Shown here: positions 1-9,544 of the stretch, piece by piece
Position numbering within the stretch: position 1 is the first letter of the stretch
Layout of the letters: each line of letters starts with the position of its first letter
Virus record (IMG/VR): IMGVR_UViG_3300030099_006533
Strand: one strand, 5' to 3'
Source of the DNA: a virus
DNA: 64,000 nt
Position numbers and translations under genes: made by a program
The notes under the pieces: generated by a model
What the model was told of the DNA's origin: nothing
The model's input: the letters and a program-made list of their open reading frames with translations, nothing else
Database searches by the model: none

Positions 1-2
1 CC

Positions 3-194
3 CAGCTTCGTCAGGATCTGGTTGAAACCGGCCGCGATGCTCTGCGTCTCTCTGAAGAGCCAGCCAGTACAACCGTGGAAGTACAGGAAGAAGACGATGA
101 GGAGTTACCTAGTGTCATTACACAAGAGGTTCTAGATTCCCGCCGTGTTAAGCCACGCGACGCCGGTACTGAGGAAGAGTCGAGTGAATCGTAA
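3..194 (+). CDS. 5'-truncated acidic hypothetical protein
   Basis: Open frame from the window edge (QLRQDLVETG...EEESSES*), stop at 192-194 overlapping the next start. Confidence 0.5.
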   Translation, partial: QLRQDLVETGRDALRLSEEPASTTVEVQEEDDEELPSVITQEVLDSRRVKPRDAGTEEESSES

Positions 195-507
195 GCAGCG
201 ACGTGCCATGGCTAGCCAGCAAAAGAAGGCCATCAAGAATTCTAAGGGCGCCCAAGATGATGTCGGCGCCAAGATGGCCTTGTTCGGGCACCTGCCAGAT
301 GCGTGCACAGCATGCAACAAGCCCTTTGATAAGAAGGACCAGTCTATGGTTATGTCATGGCACGTCACTGTTCGTGAGAAAGAAGAGAAAGTAAACTTAT
401 ACTGCCCTCCTTGTTGGTCGAAAGCCATGGAGGTTGTAAAGCAGCTTCAAGAAGATATGGAAAAGGAAGAGTTCAGTCATGAGCATCAAAAGCACGCTAA
501 CGTATGA
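184..507 (+). CDS. hypothetical protein with CxxC...CxxC Zn-ribbon
   Basis: CTAC and CPPC motifs; GTG start at 184 overlaps the previous stop. Confidence 0.65.
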   Translation: MNRKQRRAMASQQKKAIKNSKGAQDDVGAKMALFGHLPDACTACNKPFDKKDQSMVMSWHVTVREKEEKVNLYCPPCWSKAMEVVKQLQEDMEKEEFSHEHQKHANV

Positions 508-1513
508 TGATGTATTGTTGGTGCCCAAGTATAGCGACATTAGAAGCCGAAGCGAGATTGATATCTCAAGCAAACTAGATAGCAACATTACGCTAAGGCT
601 ACCAGTCATCGCCAGCCCAATGGATACAGTTAGCGGCTTTGAGATGGCTAGCTATCTTTCGAAGGTCGGTGGACTAGCCGTCTTGCATCGCTATATGAAG
701 ATCACCCAACAGGTAGAAGCAGTATCAAACCTCAAGAAGGAAACTGGTGCGATTGTCGCCGCGGCCATTGGCACAGGCAAGGAGCATCAAACCCGCGCTC
801 TCTGTCTCGCCTCGGTAGGTGTTGATGTATTGTGCATCGACGTTGCTCATGGCCACCATATTGCTGTTAAAGAGATCATTGATTGGCTAAGGTCAGACCC
901 GGCCTTTGATCATATTCACATCATGGCCGGCAATGTTGCAACACCGGAAGCCGTAGCAGAACTTGCAACCTGGGGAGCCCAGTCTATTCGCATCGGCATC
1001 GGCGGCGGTTCCATTTGCTCAACCCGAATCCAGACCGGCCACGGAGTGCCTACCTTACAGTCTGTGATGGACTGCGCAGCGGTGGCAGACGAATACAACG
1101 TTAAACTAATTGCTGACGGTGGGATTAGAAACTCGGGAGACATTGTAAAGTCTTACGCAGCCGGCGCAGACTTTGTTATGCTAGGATCTATTCTGGGCGG
1201 TACCCACGAGGCCCCCGGCCGAATCATTACAATGGGAGATAGAAAGTACAAAGAATACAGGGGTATGGCTTCCGCTGCAGCACAGATGGACTGGCGCGGC
1301 CGCACAGCCTCTTTGGAGGGCGTATCGAGTATGATTCCCTACAAGGGTCCTGTCGCCCCTATCCTAAGTCAGCTTGAGAACGGTATCAGAAGCGGGTTCT
1401 CATACTCAGGCGCTAGGAACTTCAACGAGTTTCAGCGAGCCGCAAGTATTATTCAGCAGTCCCCCGCCGGTCAGCTAGAAAGCTCAACTCATATTAAGGT
1501 AAGGTATGGCTGA
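479..1513 (+). CDS. IMP dehydrogenase / GMP reductase family (no CBS domain)
   Basis: LTYDDVLLVP, ASPMDTV, IDVAHGH, GIGGGSICSTR (catalytic Cys), IADGGI, YRGMAS..EGV; guaB vs guaC not resolved. Confidence 0.93.
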   Translation: MSIKSTLTYDDVLLVPKYSDIRSRSEIDISSKLDSNITLRLPVIASPMDTVSGFEMASYLSKVGGLAVLHRYMKITQQVEAVSNLKKETGAIVAAAIGTGKEHQTRALCLASVGVDVLCIDVAHGHHIAVKEIIDWLRSDPAFDHIHIMAGNVATPEAVAELATWGAQSIRIGIGGGSICSTRIQTGHGVPTLQSVMDCAAVADEYNVKLIADGGIRNSGDIVKSYAAGADFVMLGSILGGTHEAPGRIITMGDRKYKEYRGMASAAAQMDWRGRTASLEGVSSMIPYKGPVAPILSQLENGIRSGFSYSGARNFNEFQRAASIIQQSPAGQLESSTHIKVRYG

Positions 1514-1844
1514 GAATGACGATTACGGTGTCAACGATAAGAAGATAATGTTCTATGACACCGACAAGCGGCATGCCGATTTAAAAATCAGGCTGCACCA
1601 TGATGGATTAACGCAATCGGGTTTTTTCCGCATGCTCATCACAGGATACCTAGAGCAAGATTCTGAGCTTATGTCCTACATTGACAGGTACAAAGAAGAG
1701 AACGAAGTTCAAAGCAAGGCAAAACGAAAAAAGATTAATAAAATGATGACCAAAGGCAGAGAGTTGGAATCCTCTCATGGTCTCAAAGACAGTGAAGTCG
1801 AGAGCATTTTCGACTTGATTCAACAGGAGCACCCGGAGTTATGA
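1506..1844 (+). CDS. hypothetical protein
   Basis: Tiling ORF overlapping both neighbours. Confidence 0.7.
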   Translation: MAENDDYGVNDKKIMFYDTDKRHADLKIRLHHDGLTQSGFFRMLITGYLEQDSELMSYIDRYKEENEVQSKAKRKKINKMMTKGRELESSHGLKDSEVESIFDLIQQEHPEL

Positions 1845-2119
1845 TGTCGAACGAAAGAGTCGGAAGAGTTGTGTTACAGAACAAAAACGGCGTCGTCAGA
1901 TACGGCGTCGTCACAACTGAAAAAATTAAACAAGATGGCTGGTTGTATTACACGATCTACTGGATTAGTAAGACCAGCGGCGAGTCCCCATGGATGAAGC
2001 AGATTGAATGGAGGCATGACAAGCTGCATCTTATTGATGAAGACAGGCATCTCTATGACCTACAAACTGCGATGCAATTTGGTAAGTCTAGAAAATTTAC
2101 TGAAGAAGGTAATTTATAA
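1841..2119 (+). CDS. hypothetical protein
   Basis: Tiling ORF, ATGA overlap. Confidence 0.65.
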   Translation: MMSNERVGRVVLQNKNGVVRYGVVTTEKIKQDGWLYYTIYWISKTSGESPWMKQIEWRHDKLHLIDEDRHLYDLQTAMQFGKSRKFTEEGNL

Positions 2120-2388
2120 TGGCTAAGATTAAACATAAGCAGACAGAACCATCTTGTGGAGCATGGAAACATTTAGTAGATGAGAACAAGGTATGCAATC
2201 AGAAAAACTGTCGATTATGGATTGACTATCCAGAGGACAGAAACTGTACAAATGTTACAGTTTACGAGCACGGCAATATAACTTTAGCAGAAACAGCAAA
2301 AAGACTTGGCATCTCACTATCTAGAGTAAAGCAGATTGAGCAAGCGGCTTTGGCTAAGCTTAAAAAGAGAAAGATTTTTGATTTTTAG
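2119..2388 (+). CDS. small Cys-rich protein with sigma70 region-4 type HTH
   Basis: TLAETAKRLGISLSRVKQIEQAALAKLK resembles sigma region 4.2; four Cys upstream. Confidence 0.75.
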   Translation: MAKIKHKQTEPSCGAWKHLVDENKVCNQKNCRLWIDYPEDRNCTNVTVYEHGNITLAETAKRLGISLSRVKQIEQAALAKLKKRKIFDF

Positions 2389-2418
2389 ATACACGAAAAG
2401 CATTTAACAAAAGTATGC

Positions 2419-2428
2419 ACTATTTATA
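2419..2428 (+). promoter_or_regulatory. CTANTTA motif (putative phage late promoter)
   Basis: ACTATTTATA in the intergenic gap before 2501. Confidence 0.45.
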
Positions 2429-2500
2429 AGTGTTGATTTGGGTATTATATTAATACGCTTGTTTTCATAATTTATTATATACACGGGAGATTCATTTAAA

Positions 2501-3127
2501 ATGAGCAAGAAAACACTTCTTAACGAGACTCAGGTCCGCAGATTCATGAAGCTGGCCAACGTTGGAACACTAACCGATGGTTTTGTCAGCAACCTTTCAG
2601 AGGCTGGCTATTTTGATAATCCGCTAGCCGAGGAGGAAGAAGAGCTTCCCGGCGAGGATGATGAGGGCATGGGTGCTCTCGACGCCGCCGCACCTGAAGA
2701 TGAAGAGGGCCCCATGGACGACGAACCCATGGACATGGATGAGCCTGCAATGGATGATGCTGTTGGCGACGAGATGTCTCCCGAAGTCGTAGCCAAAGTT
2801 GAAGATATCCTTGGCCACATGCTTGGTGCCGCAGTTGACGCTGTTAAAGAAAAGGTGCCCGAAGCTGATCTGTCTATTGATGACGGTAGCGATATGGACG
2901 ACTTGGATGCGATGCCCCCGGCTGAAGAGCCAATGGATGCCATGGGTGACGAAGAGGAGCCCATGGGCGACATGGATGCCATGGGTGATGAAGAGGACGA
3001 CATGCCGGCCGATCTCGATGACGAAGCCATGGGCGGTCGTTACATGGAGGAGTCAGCCTCCGGTGATGCCGAATTGGTTGAGGCAATCGTAAAGCGAGTT
3101 GCCGCCCGCCTCCGCGAACTAACGTAA
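2501..3127 (+). CDS. very acidic low-complexity protein, putative scaffold/core protein
   Basis: D/E/M/P-rich centre; LLNE and LVE motifs near the ends. Confidence 0.7.
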   Translation: MSKKTLLNETQVRRFMKLANVGTLTDGFVSNLSEAGYFDNPLAEEEEELPGEDDEGMGALDAAAPEDEEGPMDDEPMDMDEPAMDDAVGDEMSPEVVAKVEDILGHMLGAAVDAVKEKVPEADLSIDDGSDMDDLDAMPPAEEPMDAMGDEEEPMGDMDAMGDEEDDMPADLDDEAMGGRYMEESASGDAELVEAIVKRVAARLRELT

Positions 3128-3153
3128 TTAGTTTACACACATACACATGATTC

Positions 3154-3182
3154 AAGGGCCGCAACAGCGGCCTTTGTTTTTT
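3154..3182 (+). terminator. Rho-independent terminator
   Basis: GGCCGC-AACA-GCGGCC followed by a T run. Confidence 0.8.
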
Positions 3183-3261
3183 ATGAATTTTAAAAACTCA
3201 AGGACTAATTACTACAGGTGCGCTAAAACGCCTCACAGCAATATAATCGGGATTACAAAAA

Positions 3262-3954
3262 ATGTCAAAAGAAAAAGAAATGATAGAACAAGCAGTTGCA
3301 CTTACAGAAACCGAAGAAGATGATTCGTCTAAGAGTAAGATTTTTATCATGCCCCCTATCGGAGGCCTGCTCGGCGGCTCGGGCCGCCCAGCGCCAAGAA
3401 TCGTAAGACTGTTCGGTGAAGTTAATGACGAACAGAGCGAGAGAATAATTGATGAACTCATGACACTTGCAGACACGGCTGAGGAGTTGGTCCCCAAAGA
3501 CCCACAAGACCCAGAATGTAAAGACATGGAGCGGGTGATTCACGAGATTGACTTTTTGATCTCAACTTACGGTGGCAATGCCGATGACATGTTCGCAATT
3601 TACGATTTCATGAAAAAGTTTAGGGACTTTGTCCCAATTCACACAGCCGGCGTCGGTAAAGTAATGTCCGCTGGCGTTCTGCTTCTTGCTGCAGGTACTA
3701 AAGGAGAGCGAAGAATTGGCAAAAACACTCGTGTCATGATTCACCATGTCGCCGGCGGCATCGCGGGCTCCCTACCTTCTATGGAAGCAGACTTAGACTC
3801 CATCAAGGCGATGGAAGATCGCTACATTGATGTAATGATTTCAGAGACTAAATTTACAAAAAGAACTTTGCGTAAATTGTTAGATAGAAGAGTGAACATC
3901 TATTTATCTGCAGAAGAAGCGATTGAATACGGAATTGCAGATAAACTTATTTAG
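3262..3954 (+). CDS. clpP: ClpP-family protease subunit
   Basis: ISTYGG, GKVMSAGVLLLAAGTKGER, MIHH, YLSAEEAIEYGIADK. Confidence 0.88.
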   Translation: MSKEKEMIEQAVALTETEEDDSSKSKIFIMPPIGGLLGGSGRPAPRIVRLFGEVNDEQSERIIDELMTLADTAEELVPKDPQDPECKDMERVIHEIDFLISTYGGNADDMFAIYDFMKKFRDFVPIHTAGVGKVMSAGVLLLAAGTKGERRIGKNTRVMIHHVAGGIAGSLPSMEADLDSIKAMEDRYIDVMISETKFTKRTLRKLLDRRVNIYLSAEEAIEYGIADKLI

Positions 3955-3964
3955 GAAAAAAGAT

Positions 3965-4585
3965 ATGGCCAAAATTAGAGGATTCCACGCAGAAGTTATA
4001 AAGGAAAGATATCGAAAAATTATAGAGAAAAAAGGCTATAAATTTTTTGACAGTGATGTACCATATAACGTAAACATTATCGGGGTTAGAAACATGCATG
4101 GCCAAGTAAATAAGTTTGATGATCTAATTCTTGTTATTTACCGAGATTCGTACAAAAGATGGATCGTAGATTCTTATCAAGCAACAACAGACCCCGGTCT
4201 CTACTGGCTCAAGAAGCCAATGAACGTGGATGGAACAGCTATTTTATGCCCCGGCCAGTATAGAGGTTCCCACAAGATCGACAAACACCAAGGCAAATAC
4301 GAAGCCCTCTGCCAACGAGGCGCCGAAGTGACTGTCTGGCGTGATGCAGACAGGGACGCAAGACACGATATGGATGATTCATCTAAGCAAACAGGCTGGT
4401 TTGGAATCAATCTTCACAAGGCTGGTAGAGCATCTATTCGTGTTGATAAGTGGTCAGCCGGCTGTCAAGTTTTTAAAAACGACAGTGATTTCAAGGGTTT
4501 CATGCAAACAATGAATGAGGCTGCCAAAAGATTGGGCAACTCATTTACTTACACACTCATCGAAAGTACAGACGTAGAGGATTAA
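3965..4585 (+). CDS. hypothetical protein, possible L,D-transpeptidase-fold cell-wall enzyme
   Basis: GINLH...WSAGCQVF His/Cys motif; start set at the ATG after AGGAA. Confidence 0.5.
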   Translation: MAKIRGFHAEVIKERYRKIIEKKGYKFFDSDVPYNVNIIGVRNMHGQVNKFDDLILVIYRDSYKRWIVDSYQATTDPGLYWLKKPMNVDGTAILCPGQYRGSHKIDKHQGKYEALCQRGAEVTVWRDADRDARHDMDDSSKQTGWFGINLHKAGRASIRVDKWSAGCQVFKNDSDFKGFMQTMNEAAKRLGNSFTYTLIESTDVED

Positions 4586-4587
4586 AG

Positions 4588-6252
4588 ATGTCAGACTTTG
4601 ACAAATTAGTAGAAGGTTTCTTAAGGCCGCGACAAAAATTAGATTTTGATAGACTAACCTCCTTGGTAGAGGAAGTCATTAGTGAATGGAAGGTAGAGCC
4701 ACTAAACGAAGAAGCTCCAGCAGGCGGCCGCTTCAGTGTTCATATTCCGATTCCAAAGTTGGTTCCAACAGAAGCTTGGGGTGACCCCAACTCAATGGCA
4801 CGCGAAGAGATCGACAAGGTGTTCTCAGCGATTAGACGCCAAGGCTCCATTAAGGATCGTATTGCCCATGTTAACTCATTCCTTGACGCTGAGCAGGCCC
4901 TAAAGAAGGCTCCCGGTGGCAAGGTAAACACGCTGCTTAGCATGATGCAGATTATTGAGTCCTTGCAGGCTACCCTAAACGACTTCAACGAGTCCTCCGC
5001 TGGATTCGTTTTCGAAGGTTTTATGGCTGCACTGACCCAAGGTCGCCAGGAAGCGGGTCGTGTTGGCGGCACACTACCGATTGAGGACTTTATCACTGGT
5101 GACGACCGCAACGTCAGCCTGAAGCTCCTAGGCCCCACTACGCCGATTCATGGTAGCTTCACTAACTTGGTTGACTACCTGTTTATTCGCGGTGGATCCG
5201 GTGTGCCTTCCATTGATTATCTCGTTGCCTACAAGGACAAGGAGGGCGACAATGTGTCGCGTCTCGGTATCTGGGAGTTTGAGGTTAACAGGGATAATCT
5301 CGTAGATATGCTTTCACAAACTGGTAAAAAGAACGCAGGCCTTCTCGGAAAGATGGCACAGCCGCTAAAGCAGCATATTGCCAACTGGCAAGATTCTCCC
5401 GAGTGGCGAGTGCAAATGGCTCAGATTTTACAACAAACCCCTGGCTATACTTGGCCCCGCGGCATGTTTAACAAGAACCTTGACAGCTCCGGTGCTTTTG
5501 ACGCAAAAGACCCCACAGATGAGCCATCAGCTGACGTTGGCAGATCGGCTAAGTTTGATAGTATGGCCGCCAGGGGCGCAAGAGTAAACTTGTACCACTC
5601 TGCCAGGACTGCTGGATTTGAACACTCCAGAGAGAACGGCCCAGATTTTGAATCTTGGTGGGCTAACATTTCATACGAGGATAAATACAAAATGGGCCTT
5701 GCTTCTGGTTCTAAAGTAGAAAGAACTCGCGTAAAGAAGGATGCCGAGATTGGTGCTAAAATTAAAGAAAAGTACTTTGATGCTGGTGTAGAAGAGGCCG
5801 AGGCCACAATGGTTGGCAATGACGAGACAGACCAGTTAACGCAGCAAGCCCCGGTCACCGAATCTTACTTTGGTCACTTCCACGAAAGAGAGAAGCAATT
5901 GATGGCAGAGGAGAGTGCCCTAATGGAAGGCGGAAAAGGCGGCGATGCCGGCTCGCAATGGGGGCTAACCGGAACCCATATTTCAGATCTCACCTCGCTT
6001 CTAAACACAGACTATTATGGAGAGATCAACCTTTCTAGCGACAACATTGAAGCTGTTGCCAAGATCTATATTGAAAAGCTTGGCGAGGACATGATGACTC
6101 TGCTTCAAACAACAAAAGAATTCTCAGAAAATATTGGAGTTTACTTTACAGCAGAGGACCGCACCAGAGGCGCCGAGGCTAGCCGCCAAGCACAGGACCA
6201 AGGAAAGGCGATTGTCTCCTCTCTTGCTGAGCGCAAAGAAGACACAGAATAA
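4588..6252 (+). CDS. hypothetical 554-aa protein, possible PD-(D/E)xK core
   Basis: Long ORF; G-F-V-F-E...D...S-L-K arrangement; LxE motifs. Confidence 0.7.
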   Translation: MSDFDKLVEGFLRPRQKLDFDRLTSLVEEVISEWKVEPLNEEAPAGGRFSVHIPIPKLVPTEAWGDPNSMAREEIDKVFSAIRRQGSIKDRIAHVNSFLDAEQALKKAPGGKVNTLLSMMQIIESLQATLNDFNESSAGFVFEGFMAALTQGRQEAGRVGGTLPIEDFITGDDRNVSLKLLGPTTPIHGSFTNLVDYLFIRGGSGVPSIDYLVAYKDKEGDNVSRLGIWEFEVNRDNLVDMLSQTGKKNAGLLGKMAQPLKQHIANWQDSPEWRVQMAQILQQTPGYTWPRGMFNKNLDSSGAFDAKDPTDEPSADVGRSAKFDSMAARGARVNLYHSARTAGFEHSRENGPDFESWWANISYEDKYKMGLASGSKVERTRVKKDAEIGAKIKEKYFDAGVEEAEATMVGNDETDQLTQQAPVTESYFGHFHEREKQLMAEESALMEGGKGGDAGSQWGLTGTHISDLTSLLNTDYYGEINLSSDNIEAVAKIYIEKLGEDMMTLLQTTKEFSENIGVYFTAEDRTRGAEASRQAQDQGKAIVSSLAERKEDTE

Positions 6253-6266
6253 TTTACTAAATTTAG

Positions 6267-6295
6267 TTGCAAGTCTCGCAACACTAGGTTATAAT
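6267..6295 (+). promoter_or_regulatory. sigma70-type promoter for groEL
   Basis: TTGCAA-N17-TATAAT. Confidence 0.7.
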
Positions 6296-6319
6296 GTATA
6301 AAAGACAACGGAGGAATAA

Positions 6320-7897
6320 TTGTCAACATTCAGCTATGATTCAAAAACTACACTTCGTGAGAAGATTCTTAACGGAGTAAACACACTGGCCGATAACGTG
6401 GCCACAACCCTAGGACCAAAAGGTCGAAATGTAATCTTACAAGAAAAGGACAAACCCCCGTTCATCACGAAGGACGGTGTTACAGTAGCACAATTTGTTC
6501 ATCTTGAAGATCACTTTGAGAATGCCGCCGCCCAGATTATTAAGCAGGCTGCTATCGAAACCAATACGCACGCCGGAGATGGCACCACTACAGCAACGGT
6601 ACTATCACGGGATATCCTTAGAAATGCTCAAGGGTATCTTGCTGCTGGCTCATCGCCTGTAGAGCTTAAGCGAGGTCTGGACAGGGCAGCAAAGGTTGCT
6701 GTTGAGCACCTTCGCGAAGTAGCCACGCCGGTAAAGACCATCGCTGACGTCGAACACATCGCAACAATTTCAGCAAACAACGATAAGTTTATTGGCAAGC
6801 TCGTAGCCACTGCTGTTGATAAAGTAGGCAATGACGGATCGATTACTATCGAAGAGTCGAGAACGATGGAGACTTATGTTGATATTATGGAAGGCTTTCG
6901 ATTTGATTCGGGCTACCGAGCCGGCGCATTCGTAACTGACGAGCGCCGCGGCACCATGAACTATAATAACCCGCTGATTATGGTAACAGACTATAAGGTT
7001 GAAATGGTTGATGAGATCTTGCCGGTCCTAGAACTGGCAGCCCGAGAGTCCCGACCACTGATTATTGTCGCGGACGACATCGAAGGTCAGGCCTTGTCTG
7101 CTCTTATTATGAATACAATGCGCGGCTCCCTAAAGGTAGCAGCTATCAAGGCCCCTCGTTACGGCCAAGAACGCCGTGATATGCTGGCTGACCTTGCGCT
7201 GTCCGTTGGCGCAAATCTGATTACTCGCGCAAAGGGCATGAAGCTAAAAGAGACAAAGCTGACAGATCTGGGCACCGCCAAGACTATTGAGGCAACGAAA
7301 ACACACACCACAATTGTTGGCGGTCAGGCTGACTATGAAGCCATTGAAGTGCAGATCGCTCGCCTCAAGGAAGAGATCAAGAACGAAGAATCGATGCAGC
7401 TTTGCGATGCTATGCAGCAGCGCATCACGCGTCTGGCTTCTGGCGTGGCGGTGATTCATGTCGGAGCGCCCACACAAGTTGAAATGATTGAAAAGAAGCA
7501 TCGTATTGAAGATGCTCTTGAAGCTGTAAAGTCTGCACAAATTGATGGCATCGTTCCAGGCGGCGGCACCGCTTTATTGCGCACCGCAGCCGAGATTGAA
7601 AACAATATCGAGACAGATAATGAAGATCAGCAGAGAGGTGTAGAGATTCTCTTGCGCGCCATGACTGGTCCTATTCGACAAATGTCTATCAATGCCGGCC
7701 TCAGCGCCGACTTGATTGTTAATCAGGTTTCCTCTGAACCAGCCCCAATGGGATGTAACTTCCGAACCCTAGAGAAGACCAACCTTTTAAAGGCAGGAAT
7801 TATAGATCCGGTTAAGGTCACCACAACTGCACTGCAGAATGCAGTATCCGCCGCTGGGACTCTGATTACGACAAATTATGCCATCATTCAAAGCTGA
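6320..7897 (+). CDS. groEL: group I chaperonin GroEL
   Basis: TLGPKGRNV, ITKDGVTVA, AGDGTTTATVL, GIVPGGG, GIIDPVKV; TTG start after GGAGG. Confidence 0.96.
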   Translation: MSTFSYDSKTTLREKILNGVNTLADNVATTLGPKGRNVILQEKDKPPFITKDGVTVAQFVHLEDHFENAAAQIIKQAAIETNTHAGDGTTTATVLSRDILRNAQGYLAAGSSPVELKRGLDRAAKVAVEHLREVATPVKTIADVEHIATISANNDKFIGKLVATAVDKVGNDGSITIEESRTMETYVDIMEGFRFDSGYRAGAFVTDERRGTMNYNNPLIMVTDYKVEMVDEILPVLELAARESRPLIIVADDIEGQALSALIMNTMRGSLKVAAIKAPRYGQERRDMLADLALSVGANLITRAKGMKLKETKLTDLGTAKTIEATKTHTTIVGGQADYEAIEVQIARLKEEIKNEESMQLCDAMQQRITRLASGVAVIHVGAPTQVEMIEKKHRIEDALEAVKSAQIDGIVPGGGTALLRTAAEIENNIETDNEDQQRGVEILLRAMTGPIRQMSINAGLSADLIVNQVSSEPAPMGCNFRTLEKTNLLKAGIIDPVKVTTTALQNAVSAAGTLITTNYAIIQS

Positions 7898-7910
7898 ACT
7901 AGATCGGCGG

Positions 7911-7920
7911 ACTACTTACA
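7911..7920 (+). promoter_or_regulatory. CTANTTA motif (putative late promoter)
   Basis: ACTACTTACA ending 7 nt before the ATG at 7927. Confidence 0.45.
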
Positions 7921-7926
7921 GAAGCC

Positions 7927-8232
7927 ATGACAGATGAAATGCCAGACATCAAGGACGTCAAGAATGAGATCGAGTTAGATCTTATGACCCTTGACACGAA
8001 GCTGCAAAGACTTGTAGATGCAGTAGAAGTTGTAAAGGGTCGCCAGGAACAAATGGCTCTTGATATCTCCAAGATTAAAGAAGCAGTTTATAACCCCGAC
8101 CAAGGTCTTTATGCTCGTCTGCGCGCCCTAGAGGCTTGGAAAGATACAAGCGCTCGTCTGACATGGATCATTGTAACTTCTATCCTCGGTCTCACAACGG
8201 CTACGTTGTGGAATATGCTAATCGGCTCATAA
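7927..8232 (+). CDS. coiled-coil protein with C-terminal TM helix (holin/XhlA-like topology)
   Basis: Heptad pattern followed by LTWIIVTSILGLTTATLWNMLIG. Confidence 0.6.
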   Translation: MTDEMPDIKDVKNEIELDLMTLDTKLQRLVDAVEVVKGRQEQMALDISKIKEAVYNPDQGLYARLRALEAWKDTSARLTWIIVTSILGLTTATLWNMLIGS

Positions 8233-8238
8233 AAATAT

Positions 8239-8267
8239 TTGACATTCCTATCACAGGGTGTTATTAT
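8239..8267 (+). promoter_or_regulatory. sigma70-type promoter
   Basis: TTGACA-N17-TATTAT. Confidence 0.7.
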
Positions 8268-8295
8268 ATATCATATATTAAGCACAGGAGGGTGC

Positions 8296-8694
8296 ATGAA
8301 CAAACAACAACAAAGAGTAAATATTCAGTATTCCGTAAACCTTGAGGAGGTTCCTTCGGTGTTGCTGAAACTGGCTACAGGTGCTATCAAAAAGCTATCT
8401 ACTGTGGCTACAACTTCAGGTCATGTCGTTGGTGAGCTTACGGAACACACTTACGATAATCCACAAGAGGCTGCAAGGCAGATTGATAATATCCGACGAG
8501 CATTGGCCGACATCGACTATAGATTGTCAGAGTGTCAGTCGATGTATACGTCTCTGTCACAGCTGGATGAGTCAGGTCACCCCCCACAAAACCCCACAGA
8601 ACAACTGGACACCACCGCCGCTACCGAGGCCTTGCGAGAGATGATGGCTTCACAGGTGCCAAGCGTGGCCGATCAAGGAACTACAGATGAGTAA
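8296..8694 (+). CDS. hypothetical protein
   Basis: ATG after AGGAGG; helical. Confidence 0.7.
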   Translation: MNKQQQRVNIQYSVNLEEVPSVLLKLATGAIKKLSTVATTSGHVVGELTEHTYDNPQEAARQIDNIRRALADIDYRLSECQSMYTSLSQLDESGHPPQNPTEQLDTTAATEALREMMASQVPSVADQGTTDE

Positions 8695-8929
8695 GGATGC
8701 TTGGCCGACCTCTGGTGATTTGGTATATGTCCCATCAGAAGTCAACCTTGTGCGGCATGTGTGCCACACCAACGGCCCAGTCGTCAAAGACTATCTAAGA
8801 CTAAAAACTCCTGCAACAATGTTAGTGTCATCTAGCCGAGTAGGCTCTAATTTTGTAGAAGTTATCTATCGCGGAACCAAATGGAACGTCGATAAAAGAG
8901 AAACATACCCAGTAAACAATGAATACTAA
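8687..8929 (+). CDS. small SH3/KOW-like hypothetical protein
   Basis: SGDLVYV start; beta-rich. Confidence 0.6.
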   Translation: MSKDAWPTSGDLVYVPSEVNLVRHVCHTNGPVVKDYLRLKTPATMLVSSSRVGSNFVEVIYRGTKWNVDKRETYPVNNEY

Positions 8930-9242
8930 AGGAAAAGAAATGAATAATCAAGTTGTAAGGTTTGTAGAGATTGTACAAAACAATTCGTCCACCGGCTCTC
9001 GGTATTTTTTGCAAGAAGTGTTTATTAACCCCAATCACATTGTGTATATTCGCAACGCTTCTGGCCTCAAGCAGGCCCTGACCGAGGGGCAAATGCCTGC
9101 TGATCTAGACAGCCGTCAAGAGTTTAGCACAATCCACCTGAGCCGCGGCACTTCCGGGGTAGATATCAATGTAATCGGAACCCCCGGCGCCGTCCGAGAG
9201 AAGCTAGGAATCGGCGCCCAGCAGGAGCTTCTGCGAGGATAA
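8919..9242 (+). CDS. hypothetical protein
   Basis: Tiling ORF. Confidence 0.65.
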   Translation: MNTKGKEMNNQVVRFVEIVQNNSSTGSRYFLQEVFINPNHIVYIRNASGLKQALTEGQMPADLDSRQEFSTIHLSRGTSGVDINVIGTPGAVREKLGIGAQQELLRG

Positions 9243-9544
9243 TGTTACACTATTATCATGTTTACGCCAAGGCTGCATGCCCATGGTGCGTCAAGGCAAT
9301 TAATATGCTACACGACTCAGGCCATGAGTTCGTGCTGACTCTGGTAGACAATTCCCCAGAGTTTTATCATACTGTAAAAAAGAAGTATGATTGGCAAACC
9401 GTACCGATGATCGTTGAAAACGATATTACAGGCAACGAGAAGTTCATCGGCGGATACACAGACCTAGAAGAATATTTTTCAGAGAATTTACAAGATGCTG
9501 AGACAGTTCAAGAGAACGAAAACACCGCTGACTTATCCGAATGA
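9242..9544 (+). CDS. glutaredoxin-like protein
   Basis: CPWC, WQTVPMI, FIGGYTDL. Confidence 0.9.
   Translation: MLHYYHVYAKAACPWCVKAINMLHDSGHEFVLTLVDNSPEFYHTVKKKYDWQTVPMIVENDITGNEKFIGGYTDLEEYFSENLQDAETVQENENTADLSE

Noticed and set aside
2608-3030. Ser-rich minus-strand ORFs opposite acidic genes (also 55313..55504)
   Set aside because: Reverse-complement artefacts of GAx/GAT-rich coding
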